Virus record (IMG/VR): IMGVR_UViG_3300044647_001247
Span: 1-64,000 of that record
Length of the DNA: 64,000 bases
Direction: 5' to 3' (one strand)
DNA from: a virus
The translations under genes were made by a program, and so were the position numbers. Under the pieces are notes generated by a model. It was given only the letters and a program-made list of their open reading frames with translations. It had not been told where the DNA came from and did no database searches. Positions 17,552 to 27,755 of this stretch are shown here, one piece after another (within the stretch, counting starts at the first letter, position 1; each line of letters starts with the position of its first letter).

Positions 17552-17812
17552 ATGAGCACAGAACAAGAAAAACAAAACATTCCTAGCAAGGAAGAAGTGA
17601 TTACATTTCTACAAGAACAAATTGAGGTGAAGAAGGTACAATTAGAACTTCAGAAGCTTAATACAGAACTGGCTGTTTCTAGAGCTGAAGAATTTAGAGC
17701 TATTGCCTTTATTGGACAAATGACTAATTCCCCGGAGGAAGAAGGTGATGAAAAAGAAGAGAATGAAAACCAAGAGCCATCTGCTCCACGTTCTTTAAAA
17801 AAAGTTAAATAG
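17552..17812 (+). CDS. coiled-coil acidic protein (probable start MSTEQEK)
   Basis: ORF 17510..17812; internal ATG after an AT-rich leader. Confidence 0.7.
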   Translation: MSTEQEKQNIPSKEEVITFLQEQIEVKKVQLELQKLNTELAVSRAEEFRAIAFIGQMTNSPEEEGDEKEENENQEPSAPRSLKKVK

Positions 17813-17815
17813 CGT

Positions 17816-18253
17816 ATGAAAACAACTGTTCTTTATAAACTACGTGATTATAAGGAAGCGATGGTTTTTGAAAAAGAACATCCTTTGGAGCTTAGGTGGG
17901 ATTTTAAATACAAGTTTTATATGTTAACACAAAATGACAAATGTCAGGGAGTGTGGTTAAAACTAGGTAAGGAATTAGTAGCTGAAAGTGTATTAACTTG
18001 GCAAAGTGATAATGTTGTTAATATAGACAGTTTCACTGTTCTACCAGCTCATAGAGGAAAAGGACTTGGTTATGAAATGATCACCACCGTTTTAGATTGG
18101 TGTAAAGAAATGAAGTTTGAACATTTAATAGGGGAAGCTAGAAAAGGTGCTTCTTGGCACATTTTTGAAAACCTGGGAGCTTCCCCAGTTGTTCTGCATA
18201 AAAACTGGAACGGCACAGGAGAAGATTATATGAGTTTTAAATTGTCTGTATAA
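17816..18253 (+). CDS. GNAT family N-acetyltransferase
   Basis: Motif A FTVLPAHRGKGLGYEMI; ASWHIFENLG. Confidence 0.88.
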   Translation: MKTTVLYKLRDYKEAMVFEKEHPLELRWDFKYKFYMLTQNDKCQGVWLKLGKELVAESVLTWQSDNVVNIDSFTVLPAHRGKGLGYEMITTVLDWCKEMKFEHLIGEARKGASWHIFENLGASPVVLHKNWNGTGEDYMSFKLSV

Positions 18254-18624
18254 TGGCACTATTTAATCAAGTGGAAAAGAGAATGAAACTCACCACTTGG
18301 CAATCTGTAAAATACCAACTAATCACTTATTGCTATTTGTATAATATACAAGTGAGTGATGCTGATTTAGATTGTTTAACATTTCTGGCTCTTGAAGGAG
18401 AACAGGAGCTGACAAGTTTTTGCTTTAAAGCTTACGAAAAAAAGATTTTTTCTAGTACACAAAGTGTAAGAAACTGTCTTACAAAAGCAGAAAAGAAAAA
18501 CCTTATTAAGAAAGAAGGAAAGAATAAAAAGAAAATATACATTCATCCCGATCTAAAAATGATGGCCCAGGGTAATATATTATTAGATTTTAAATTCTTG
18601 TCTGTTGCGACCAAAGAAGGCTAA
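18253..18624 (+). CDS. putative winged-helix DNA-binding protein
   Basis: SSTQSVRNCLTKAEKKNLIKKEG helix-wing pattern. Confidence 0.6.
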   Translation: MALFNQVEKRMKLTTWQSVKYQLITYCYLYNIQVSDADLDCLTFLALEGEQELTSFCFKAYEKKIFSSTQSVRNCLTKAEKKNLIKKEGKNKKKIYIHPDLKMMAQGNILLDFKFLSVATKEG

Positions 18625-19009
18625 AGAGTTTATACCAGATGTAGCAAATGAACTAAATCTACCTGTAAAAACTGTAGAAGATGTTATTTCCTACCACTGG
18701 GTAGAAGTTAGAAAAAACTTAAGTGCACTTACACATACAAGAGTGCACCTAACTAATTTAGGAGATTTTGTTATTAAGCATTGGAAGCTAGATGATAAGA
18801 TTCAAATGCTTGAGAGATTTGAAGAAAAGAATAGATTAAAAGGTATGCAACAAATAACAGCTCGTTATAAAACAGCAGAAAATTTATACGATCTTAAGAA
18901 CATGAAAACAATGTTAGATGTGGAACAACAAAGAGCAGATTTTGTAAAAATGCATAAACGTACAACATATGAGTCTACGAGAAAACATAATCAGAATTTG
19001 GAAAGCTAA
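18605..19009 (+). CDS. HU/IHF-like DNA-binding protein
   Basis: VANELNLPVKTVEDVI..VRKNL..VHLTNLGDFVIK resembles the HU/IHF N-terminal fold. Confidence 0.6.
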   Translation: MRPKKAKEFIPDVANELNLPVKTVEDVISYHWVEVRKNLSALTHTRVHLTNLGDFVIKHWKLDDKIQMLERFEEKNRLKGMQQITARYKTAENLYDLKNMKTMLDVEQQRADFVKMHKRTTYESTRKHNQNLES

Positions 19010-19301
19010 AGGGCAGATACTTGAGGGAGTGACAAATAGCATATTTAAACGTGAAGATGTTGAACATATTGCTGAAGAAAGAATGAAGATTTGTCTTTTT
19101 TGTGATCTTTATACAGAAAATGATGATGGTTGTTTAGTTCCTGGAACCACTCCTTGCTGCAATGAAAAAATGGGAGGATGTGGATGTTCACTAAAGTTTA
19201 AAATAAGATCTCTTAGTTCTGAATGTCCAATGGGACATTGGAAATCTGAGATGACACAAGAAGAAGAGGATTTATTAAATCAAAAGCTAGGTCTTAATTA
19301 A
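18969..19301 (+). CDS. Cys-rich putative zinc-binding protein
   Basis: ERMKICLFC..CC..GCGCSL..K.RS..SECPMGHW. Confidence 0.75.
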   Translation: MSLRENIIRIWKAKGQILEGVTNSIFKREDVEHIAEERMKICLFCDLYTENDDGCLVPGTTPCCNEKMGGCGCSLKFKIRSLSSECPMGHWKSEMTQEEEDLLNQKLGLN

Positions 19302-19306
19302 ATATT

Positions 19307-20137
19307 ATGGTAGTAAAATTTATTCCTGAAAACCACAAATATTATAGTTTAGAACCTGATGATATTTCTTGGTTAAGTGTCACTTCTTTTATTTCTAATT
19401 TTAAGCAACCTTTTGATGCAGATGCTATTGCTTTAAAATCTTCAAGGAGTAAAAAATCCAAATGGTATGGACTTACACCAGATCAAATTAAAGAAGCTTG
19501 GAAAAACGAAGCTAACAGAGCTACATCACTAGGTACATGGTATCATAATTGTAGAGAGAAAGATCTTTCTGAATTAAAAACAATAGAAGTTCACGGTGTA
19601 GAACTACCTGTTATAAACCCTATTGAAAAAGAAGGTGTCAAGTATTCTCCTAACCAAAAGCTTGCCAACGGTATTTATCCAGAACATTTTGTCTATTTAA
19701 AATCAGCTGGAATATGTGGTCAGTCAGATAAGGTTGAAGTGATTAATAATGAGGTGTATGTAACTGATTATAAAACAAACAAAGAAATTAAGCTAGAAGG
19801 TTATACTAATTGGGAAGGAGTTTCTCAAAAGATGTTTGCTCCTGTTTCACATTTAGATGACTGTCATTTAAATCATTATGCATTACAGCTTAGTATGTAC
19901 ATGTTTATGATTTTAAAACACAACCCCCGTCTTGTATTTGGTGGTATGACAATACACCACGTTTTATTTGAAGAAGTGGGTAAAGATAAATACGGAAATC
20001 CTATTACAGCTTTAGATTCTAATGGAGATCCTATTGTAAAAGATATAGTGCAATATGATATTCCCTATTTAAAAAAAGAAGTGATTTCTCTTATTCACTG
20101 GTTACAAGATAATAGACATAAACTAAAAAAAGTCTAA
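19307..20137 (+). CDS. PD-(D/E)XK nuclease (RecB/Cas4-like)
   Basis: SVTSFI, GTWYH, E..ICGQSD..DYKTNK, HYALQLSMY. Confidence 0.88.
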   Translation: MVVKFIPENHKYYSLEPDDISWLSVTSFISNFKQPFDADAIALKSSRSKKSKWYGLTPDQIKEAWKNEANRATSLGTWYHNCREKDLSELKTIEVHGVELPVINPIEKEGVKYSPNQKLANGIYPEHFVYLKSAGICGQSDKVEVINNEVYVTDYKTNKEIKLEGYTNWEGVSQKMFAPVSHLDDCHLNHYALQLSMYMFMILKHNPRLVFGGMTIHHVLFEEVGKDKYGNPITALDSNGDPIVKDIVQYDIPYLKKEVISLIHWLQDNRHKLKKV

Positions 20138-20391
20138 TGATAGTTCAGACAATACACGAAATAGTCAATCCATTTGATGTATATGAAAAAAAGCACGGAT
20201 ATGGTGTGGCATTATTTATGATTGCTGGAAGCATACATTCTAATCCACAGTTTATAGTGAAGTTTTATAAAACAGGCATACTTCGTACAGTGGACCAAAA
20301 TGATTTAGTAGTTTATGGTAATCCTACGGCCGGAGAGAAGCTTAACCCCGAAGGTATTCAGGTTACAAAACAAGACGTGGAGTGTCTCTAA
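20137..20391 (+). CDS. hypothetical protein
   Basis: 84-aa ORF, translationally coupled (TAATG). Confidence 0.7.
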   Translation: MIVQTIHEIVNPFDVYEKKHGYGVALFMIAGSIHSNPQFIVKFYKTGILRTVDQNDLVVYGNPTAGEKLNPEGIQVTKQDVECL

Positions 20392-20401
20392 AGAAAAACA
20401 A

Positions 20402-20917
20402 ATGGTTAAATTATTTGACATACAGAATAGTAGGGTGATTCCAACAGAACACTGTTACACATTAAAGTTTTTAAAAAATATAATGGATGAATATCCAGAT
20501 GATTATTTAAAAATTTATTCCTATTTATTTTACATGACATGTCCTAGTCCGGACGTAAATCCATTTTTTGATGTACCAGAATCAGAAAAAGAAGAACTCA
20601 TTTTACAACAAGTTGAAGCTGACTTTTCGCCTGAAGAAGATCTTATTCTTAATGCTTTTGAAATGTGTAAAAAGCTCTACGAAACACCAACGTACAGAGC
20701 ATATGCTGGTATTAAAAGCATGCTTGATAGGTTTGCTAAATACATGGAGACCACAGAAATTGAACATGGTAGAGACGGTAACATTACAGCACTTGTTAAT
20801 GCCGCAGCAAAGTTTGAAGCAATACGTCAGAGCTTTAAAGGCACACTACGCGATCTGGAAGAGGAACAACAAAGCCAAGTGAGAGGTGGGCAACGTTTAA
20901 GTTATGATCAAGAATAA
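20402..20917 (+). CDS. conserved protein upstream of terminase (possible small terminase subunit)
   Basis: Probable start MVKLFDIQN; helical; position immediately before terL. Confidence 0.6.
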   Translation: MVKLFDIQNSRVIPTEHCYTLKFLKNIMDEYPDDYLKIYSYLFYMTCPSPDVNPFFDVPESEKEELILQQVEADFSPEEDLILNAFEMCKKLYETPTYRAYAGIKSMLDRFAKYMETTEIEHGRDGNITALVNAAAKFEAIRQSFKGTLRDLEEEQQSQVRGGQRLSYDQE

Positions 20918-20920
20918 CAA

Positions 20921-21013
20921 TGTAAGGTGGTGAAACTGGTAGACACGCCACCTTGTCTCGGTGGTGCTTTTACTAATAATAAAAGCTTGGACGTTCAAAT
21001 CGTCCCCTTACAG
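20921..21013 (+). tRNA. atypical tRNA: class II (Ser/Leu-like) body with GTC (Asp) anticodon
   Basis: TGTAAGG/CCTTACA plus G73; D arm GGTGAAACTGGTAGACAC; CCACC-TTGTCTC-GGTGG; long variable arm GCTTTTA/TAAAAGC; GGACG-TTCAAAT-CGTCC. Confidence 0.75.
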
Positions 21014-21036
21014 CTTAAAAAACCCAATAGGGTTGG

Positions 21037-23238
21037 ATGAATAAAATGTTTATAGAAGTTCCTACATATGAAAATAATCAATGGACTACAACATCTTTTT
21101 TTACAAGAAAAGACTTTGCAGATTATATATTTTCTATATTTAAAGAACCTGGTGAATATAATTTTGATGAAAGTTCTTTAGTATTTAATTCAGAAGGACG
21201 TAAGTTTAGAAAACAAGGTTTTTATTGTGCTGCTCCATTTAAATCCAAAGACTTTAGAATTTACTGGGATGACCAGAAAATAAAGTGTAAATCAGGCATT
21301 ATTGTCAAAAATGATAATAGTGAATGGTATATCAGTCGTGACTACTATATGTGGCTTAACTTTCTTCCCATATATGATAAGGAAGAAAAAAAGTTTGATT
21401 TTGCAAAGGTGAGAGATGCTCAATATCACATGGCTCTTTATGAATTATTAGGAGAGCTTAATTACAAGCATGCTATTATTCTTAAAAAACGTCAAATTGC
21501 TTCTTCTTATTTTCACATGGCTAAGCTGATTAATCAATGGGTTTTTGAATCAGGTTCCATTTGTAAAATAGGATCTTCTCTAAAAGATTATATTAATGAA
21601 AAAGGTTCTTGGAAGTTTCTAAATGAATATAGAAACTTTATTAATGAACACACTGCTTGGTATAGACCAGCAGAACCTGACAAGGTATTTGCTTGGGAGC
21701 AAAAAATTAAAGTGAGGGTTAACGGCCGAGATACTTATAAAGGTCTTAAATCAACTATAAATGGTTATTCTTTTGAGAAAGATCCAACAAATGGTGTAGG
21801 TGGTCCCGTAACTTATTTCTTTCATGAAGAAGCAGGTATTGCTCCTAAAATGGATGATACATATGGATTTATTAAACCAGCTTTAAAATCTGGTGAAATA
21901 ATCACTGGTCAATTTATTGCTGCAGGATCTGTGGGTGATCTTGATCAATGTGAACCTTTAAAAGAATATGTTCTTCATCCTGAAGAGAATGGTTTTTATG
22001 GTGTAAAATCCAATCTAATAGATAAAGATGGTACAATAGGTATCACTGGTCTTTTTATTCCTGAACAGTGGAGCATGCCTCCGTACATAGATGAGTTTGG
22101 TAACTCTATGGTGAAAGAAGCTTTAGAAGCTTTAGAGAAAAGATTTGAAAAAGCTAAGAGTGAACTAAAGCCTGAAGCATATCAGCTGGAACTTTCTCAA
22201 AGTCCTCGTAATATAGAAGAGGCTTTTGCTACAAGAAAAATAAGTGTATTTCCCCCACATTTGGTTTCAAAACAAATGCAACGTATTCAAGATAGAGAGT
22301 ATTCAGTGGAATATCTGGAACTTTCTCGTGATGCTGAAGGAAAGATTGTAGATAAACCCTCTAGAAAGATTCCTATTATGGAATTTCCAATTTCTAAAAA
22401 ACTAGAAAACAAAGAGGGAGTGATATGTGTATATGAGCGTCCTATGAAAGATCCCCAGTTTGGAACATATTATGCTTCTGTAGATCCAGTGGGAGAGGGT
22501 AAGACAACAACCTCAGATTCTCTTTGTGCTATATATATTTATAAAAACCCTGTAGAAATAATTAGAGATGACGGAGATGGTAAGGTGAAGAACAGTATAG
22601 AAAGAGATGGTATAGTTGCTTCTTGGTGTGGAAGATTTGATGATATTAATAAAACACATGAACGTTTAGAACTTCTTATAGAATGGTATAATGCATGGAC
22701 TATAGTGGAAAATAACGTAGCTCTGTTCATACAATACATGATTTCTAAAAAGAAACAGCGTTATTTAGTTCCTAAAGACATGATTTTGTTCTTAAAAGAT
22801 ATAGGTGCCAACAGAAATGTCTTTCAAGAGTATGGTTGGAAAAACGTAGGTACACTTTTTAAGGGCACAATTCTATCTTATGGAATTGAATTTTTAAGAG
22901 AGGAACTAGATCATGAAACTAAGCCTGATGGAGAAATAGTTAAAACAATATATGGTGTTGAACGTATTCCAGACATCATGTTGTTAAAAGAAATGCAAGC
23001 ATACAGAGATGGTGTAAACGTGGATAGACTTGTTTCTTTTTGTGCACTTATAGCATTTGCAAAGGTGCAACAATCTAACAGAGGTCTTGCTAAGCGTTTA
23101 GAGTATGGGAATAAAAAATTGGATAACTCACAAAAATTTAGTAAATTAAATTGGGGACCTTTCAGACACATGGGTTCTTCTGGAAGAGCTTCTAATGGTA
23201 TGAAAATAGCTCGTTCACCCTTTAAAAACTTAAAATAA
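21037..23238 (+). CDS. terL: terminase large subunit
   Basis: Walker A LKKRQIASS, Walker B FFHEEAG, coupling motif AGSVG, RNase H-like ASVDPV..DS..DR. Confidence 0.93.
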   Translation: MNKMFIEVPTYENNQWTTTSFFTRKDFADYIFSIFKEPGEYNFDESSLVFNSEGRKFRKQGFYCAAPFKSKDFRIYWDDQKIKCKSGIIVKNDNSEWYISRDYYMWLNFLPIYDKEEKKFDFAKVRDAQYHMALYELLGELNYKHAIILKKRQIASSYFHMAKLINQWVFESGSICKIGSSLKDYINEKGSWKFLNEYRNFINEHTAWYRPAEPDKVFAWEQKIKVRVNGRDTYKGLKSTINGYSFEKDPTNGVGGPVTYFFHEEAGIAPKMDDTYGFIKPALKSGEIITGQFIAAGSVGDLDQCEPLKEYVLHPEENGFYGVKSNLIDKDGTIGITGLFIPEQWSMPPYIDEFGNSMVKEALEALEKRFEKAKSELKPEAYQLELSQSPRNIEEAFATRKISVFPPHLVSKQMQRIQDREYSVEYLELSRDAEGKIVDKPSRKIPIMEFPISKKLENKEGVICVYERPMKDPQFGTYYASVDPVGEGKTTTSDSLCAIYIYKNPVEIIRDDGDGKVKNSIERDGIVASWCGRFDDINKTHERLELLIEWYNAWTIVENNVALFIQYMISKKKQRYLVPKDMILFLKDIGANRNVFQEYGWKNVGTLFKGTILSYGIEFLREELDHETKPDGEIVKTIYGVERIPDIMLLKEMQAYRDGVNVDRLVSFCALIAFAKVQQSNRGLAKRLEYGNKKLDNSQKFSKLNWGPFRHMGSSGRASNGMKIARSPFKNLK

Positions 23239-23573
23239 TGGAAAACTCACTGTATCAAGATAAAGTTGCTATTCTAAGTAGATTAATAAAAGATAGTTCT
23301 CTCACGTTAGAAGAGGCACTTTTGCTTTTAAAAGAAGAAGATCTAGAAGAAGAGAAAGAAGAAGAAGAAGCTGTTGCAGAATCTCCGGTTAAATACTATC
23401 CTGGTTGGAACAATCCAATAATTAACACTCCTAATCCATATACTAATATTGGTAGTGGTACAACACCAGTTATTTATACTTATGATAGTACAGGAACTTG
23501 CACTACTGTTAGTAATCCAAATCTAGGAACTTCTGTCACTAATACGTTTCTTACAGTTGATCTAAATAATTAA
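23238..23573 (+). CDS. hypothetical protein
   Basis: Coupled ORF between terL and portal; acidic then P/T-rich. Confidence 0.7.
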   Translation: MENSLYQDKVAILSRLIKDSSLTLEEALLLLKEEDLEEEKEEEEAVAESPVKYYPGWNNPIINTPNPYTNIGSGTTPVIYTYDSTGTCTTVSNPNLGTSVTNTFLTVDLNN

Positions 23574-23578
23574 TAATC

Positions 23579-26332
23579 ATGCAGTTATATAATGCTCTAG
23601 ATCTAAAAGCTGGTAAAAAAGCTGAACATAAGAAGATGGGTACACTTACCCAGCCAATTCAGTTTTTGCCAGAAAAAGAGAAAGATGATGAATGGAGGTC
23701 TCACAATCTTGACTGGCTAGAGTTCCAAGGAATGAAGCAACTTAGACGTAATGCTCGTAGATTAATGAAAAACTACAAGCTTTCTAAAGGGCTAATTGAC
23801 AAAACAGACTATATTATAGAAGAAGATAATGAGATGGCTGATCTAATAGACACTCTAACTAAAGAGGATGAATCAGCTTTAGAACTCAAATTCTATCCTA
23901 TTATTCCCAACGTAGTAAATGTTCTATGTAACGAGTTTTCTAAGCGTTCTTCTCGTATTATGTTTAAAGCCGTAGATGATATTTCTTATAACGAGATGTT
24001 AGAAGAAAAAAGAGCTATGCTTGAAAACGTCCTTTTACAGGATGCTGAACGTAAGATGATGATGCAAATGCTCAATATGGGAGTGGAGTTAGATAGTGAA
24101 GAAATGCAAAAAGCAACAGCTCCTGATAATTTAAAACAACTTCCTGAGATAGAATCATTCTTTCGTAAAGACTATAGATCAATGATTGAGGAGTGGGCTT
24201 CTCATCAAATGAGTGTAGACGAAGAAAGGTTTAAAATGCAAGAACTTGAAGAACGTGCATTCCGTGACATGCTTATTACAGATCGTGAGTTTTGGCATTT
24301 TAGAATGATGGAAGATGACTATGAGCTAGAACTTTGGAATCCGTTATTAACATTCTATCATAAATCTCCTGATGTACGTTACATTTCCCAGGGAAACTGG
24401 GTAGGTAAGATGGATCTCCTATCTTTACCAGACGTTATTGATAAGTATGGTTGGATGATGACTCAAGAACAATTAGAGTCTTTAGAATCAGTTTATCCTG
24501 TCCGTTCTTCAGGTTATATGATACCAGGTTATCAAAATGATGGAAGTTATTATGACGCTACAAAATCTCATGACTGGAATACACAAATGCCTTCTCTTGC
24601 TTATAGACAACATATGTCTATACATGATAATCAATTTGGTACAGGTGATATTGTAGAATGGATTCTTTCAGATTCTGAAGATGTAGTGGATTTTGGTAAA
24701 TCTCATATGCTTAGAGTTTCCACTATTTATTGGAAGTCTCAACGTAAACTAGGTCATCTTACTAAAATCACAGAAGAAGGTGAAATTATACAAGAAATAA
24801 TTAGTGAAAAATACAAGGTTACAGATAAACCATTGTATAACACAGCTTTATATAAACAAAAGTCTAAAGATAACTTAATATTTGGTGAGCATATAGATTG
24901 GATTTGGATTAATGAAACATGGGGAGGCATTAAGATTGGACCCAATAGACCAGCTTTCTGGGGTCAAAATAATCCAGGAGGTATAAATCCTATCTATTTA
25001 GGACTTAATGGAGGTAAACCAGGACGTATTCCATTTCAGTTTAAAGGTGATAATACATTATATGGTTGTAAGCTTCCTGTAGAAGGAGCAGTATTTGGAG
25101 ACAGAAACTCCCGTAGTACATCTATGGTAGATCTTATGAAACCCTACCAAATTAGCTTTAATATTGTAAACAACCAAATAGCTGATATATTAGTAGATGA
25201 GCTTGGAACAGTTATTCTATTGGATCAAAATTCTCTACCACGTCATTCTATGGGTGAAGATTGGGGAAAGAACAATTTAGCTAAGGCTTATGTAGCTATG
25301 AAGAATTTTCAGATGTTGCCCTTAGACACTTCCATCACTAACACTGAGAATGCATTAAATTTTCAGCATTATCAAGTGTTAAATCTTGAGCAAACAAATC
25401 GTTTACTATCTCGTATTCAACTTGCTACATATTTTAAAAATCAAGCATTTGAAGTGATTGGTTTGAATCCTCAACGTATGGGAGCTCAAATAGCTCAACA
25501 ACAAACAGCTACGGCCGTAGAACAAGCTATGAATGCTAGCTATGCTCAAACAGAACAATACTTTATACAGCATAGTGATAATCTAATGCCTAGAGTTCAT
25601 CAGATGAGAACTGACCTGGCTCAGTATTATCATTCCACTAAACCTAGTGTAAGACTAACATACATCACGTCTAAGGATGAGAAAATGAACTTTGAGATGA
25701 ACGGTACAGACCTTCTTCTTAGAGATCTTAATATATTCTGCACTACTAAAACTAATTCCCGTGCTGTAATGGAGCAGCTTAAACAACTAGCTATTAATAA
25801 TAATACCACCGGAGCTTCTATATACGATCTTGGAAATGTTATTAAATCTGAATCTATAGCTGAACTCACAGGTGTTCTTAAAGCTGCTGAAGAAAAAATG
25901 CTTGCTCAAAAACAACAAGAGCAGCAAATTCAGCAGCAAATGCAGCAAGAACTTATGGCTAGTCAGGAAAAACAAAAACAAATGGATCTTCAAGCTCAGG
26001 CCGATCGTGATGACAAAATGATACAGAAAGACATCACAGTGGCTGAAATACGGGCTGCAGGATATGGTTCAGCTGTAGATATAAATGAAAATAAGCAGTC
26101 TGACTATCAAGATGCTTTAGAAGGGATTAGAAAGCAGGAGAATTATCAAGAGCAAATGAACTTTAAACGTGAGCAAGAAGTAAATAAAACAAGCACTAAT
26201 CAACAAAAACTACAATTAGATAGAGAAAAGTTGCAGGCTCAAAAAGAAATAGCTGACAAGCAATTACAAATTGCTAGAGAAAACAAGAACAAATATGATG
26301 TAAAATCATCTAGTAAAAAGACAGGTAAATAA
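23579..26332 (+). CDS. portal protein (crAss-like)
   Basis: 917 aa after terL; YPIIPNVVNVL, WINETWGGIKIG, GCKLPVEG, SMVDLMKPYQ; long Q-rich C-terminal barrel helix. Confidence 0.9.
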   Translation: MQLYNALDLKAGKKAEHKKMGTLTQPIQFLPEKEKDDEWRSHNLDWLEFQGMKQLRRNARRLMKNYKLSKGLIDKTDYIIEEDNEMADLIDTLTKEDESALELKFYPIIPNVVNVLCNEFSKRSSRIMFKAVDDISYNEMLEEKRAMLENVLLQDAERKMMMQMLNMGVELDSEEMQKATAPDNLKQLPEIESFFRKDYRSMIEEWASHQMSVDEERFKMQELEERAFRDMLITDREFWHFRMMEDDYELELWNPLLTFYHKSPDVRYISQGNWVGKMDLLSLPDVIDKYGWMMTQEQLESLESVYPVRSSGYMIPGYQNDGSYYDATKSHDWNTQMPSLAYRQHMSIHDNQFGTGDIVEWILSDSEDVVDFGKSHMLRVSTIYWKSQRKLGHLTKITEEGEIIQEIISEKYKVTDKPLYNTALYKQKSKDNLIFGEHIDWIWINETWGGIKIGPNRPAFWGQNNPGGINPIYLGLNGGKPGRIPFQFKGDNTLYGCKLPVEGAVFGDRNSRSTSMVDLMKPYQISFNIVNNQIADILVDELGTVILLDQNSLPRHSMGEDWGKNNLAKAYVAMKNFQMLPLDTSITNTENALNFQHYQVLNLEQTNRLLSRIQLATYFKNQAFEVIGLNPQRMGAQIAQQQTATAVEQAMNASYAQTEQYFIQHSDNLMPRVHQMRTDLAQYYHSTKPSVRLTYITSKDEKMNFEMNGTDLLLRDLNIFCTTKTNSRAVMEQLKQLAINNNTTGASIYDLGNVIKSESIAELTGVLKAAEEKMLAQKQQEQQIQQQMQQELMASQEKQKQMDLQAQADRDDKMIQKDITVAEIRAAGYGSAVDINENKQSDYQDALEGIRKQENYQEQMNFKREQEVNKTSTNQQKLQLDREKLQAQKEIADKQLQIARENKNKYDVKSSSKKTGK

Positions 26333-26401
26333 TTATAGCTCTATTATCCTTACTTCAGCTATTTTTTTATAATACATTTTAAATTTTAAGAGTTTAAAAT
26401 C

Positions 26402-26419
26402 GTATATTTTTAATGTAGA
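26402..26419 (+). promoter_or_regulatory. putative phage late promoter motif
   Basis: GTATATTTTTAATGTAGA ahead of the scaffold/capsid genes. Confidence 0.55.
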
Positions 26420-26448
26420 AGAACTCCCCATAAAAAACCAAATAAGTT

Positions 26449-27723
26449 ATGGATACCCAATCAAATGTACAGACTAATGTGCAACAAGTAGATGTTGATA
26501 TTGATAGCTGGTTAGGTGCTCCTGGTGCAGAAAGCATTGTGACAGCTACATCAACCGATGCAAAAAAACCAGAAGCAAAACCAAGTATTTTTAGTAAAAA
26601 AGATGTAGATCTTAGTTTTATTGATGATGAACCAGCTGATGATTTAGAAGGTGGTGACACTCCTGATAAATCTAAAGACACTGTTCCACGTGGAACATCC
26701 ACTGAAAACATCTTTGATGAGTTAAATAAAGATGATGAAGATTTTGATGATAAGAAATCAAAACCAGGTCGTCCTAAAACTGAAAAATCAGGACTTGTTG
26801 AGTTTCTAAAGAAACGTATAGAGTCTAAAGAGATGTTTGCCTTTGATGATTATGATGAAAGTAAGCAAAGTCTTGATGATTATTTAGTTGGTCTTGGAGA
26901 AAAAGACGTAGAAGAACTCTGGCAAGCTAATGTAGAAAACCTTAAGCAAGAAGTTGCTGCTAAAACTCCAAAAGAGTTTTTTGAGTCTTTACCAGATGAA
27001 CTTCAATATGCTGCTAAATATGTGATGGATGGAGGACAAGATCTTAAAGGATTGTTCCAAGCTCTAGCTCAAGTTGAACAAGTGAGATCTTTAAATCCCA
27101 CTGACGAGAATGACCAAGAAGGTATTGTTAAATCATATTTACAAGCCACTGGTTTTGGTAATGAGGAAGAAATTGAAGAAGAAATTACCACTTGGAAAGA
27201 TCTTGGTGTATTAGAAAAGAAAGCTAAACAGTTTAAACCTAAACTGGATCAAATGCAAGAACAGATTGTTCAATCTCAACTTGCAGAACAGGAAGGTAAA
27301 AAACAACAACAAGAGCAAGCTGCTCAAGCTTACATGCAGAATGTATTTGAAGCTTTGAGACCAGCTGAAATCAACGGACTGAAGCTAGACAAAAAGACAC
27401 AAGCTCAATTATACAGTGGTCTTGTTCAGCCTCAATATCCTTCTATAAGTGGACGTCCTACTAACTTATTAGGACATCTTTTAGAGAAATATCAGTTTGT
27501 AGAACCAAACTACTCATTGATTGCAGAAGCTCTTTGGTTACTATCTAGCCCTGATGACTATCGTTCTGAATTAAAAAAACAGGGTAAGAATCAACAAGTT
27601 GAACAAACAGTGCGTCAGCTAAAAACAGAACAAAGTCGTAAAAATGCTTCATCCTACCAAGAAGAAGAACCAGAAGCAAGAACACGAAAAATAGCTAGAC
27701 CTACAAATATATTTAAACGTTAA
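26449..27723 (+). CDS. putative capsid scaffolding protein
   Basis: Acidic disordered N-terminus plus coiled coil; lies between portal and MCP. Confidence 0.65.
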   Translation: MDTQSNVQTNVQQVDVDIDSWLGAPGAESIVTATSTDAKKPEAKPSIFSKKDVDLSFIDDEPADDLEGGDTPDKSKDTVPRGTSTENIFDELNKDDEDFDDKKSKPGRPKTEKSGLVEFLKKRIESKEMFAFDDYDESKQSLDDYLVGLGEKDVEELWQANVENLKQEVAAKTPKEFFESLPDELQYAAKYVMDGGQDLKGLFQALAQVEQVRSLNPTDENDQEGIVKSYLQATGFGNEEEIEEEITTWKDLGVLEKKAKQFKPKLDQMQEQIVQSQLAEQEGKKQQQEQAAQAYMQNVFEALRPAEINGLKLDKKTQAQLYSGLVQPQYPSISGRPTNLLGHLLEKYQFVEPNYSLIAEALWLLSSPDDYRSELKKQGKNQQVEQTVRQLKTEQSRKNASSYQEEEPEARTRKIARPTNIFKR

Positions 27724-27755
27724 AATATTTTATTTAATCTAAAATCCGATTTACT

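Noticed and set aside
19307-20137. Cas4/CRISPR system
   Set aside because: A stand-alone phage PD-(D/E)XK nuclease; no repeat-spacer array or other cas genes were seen.
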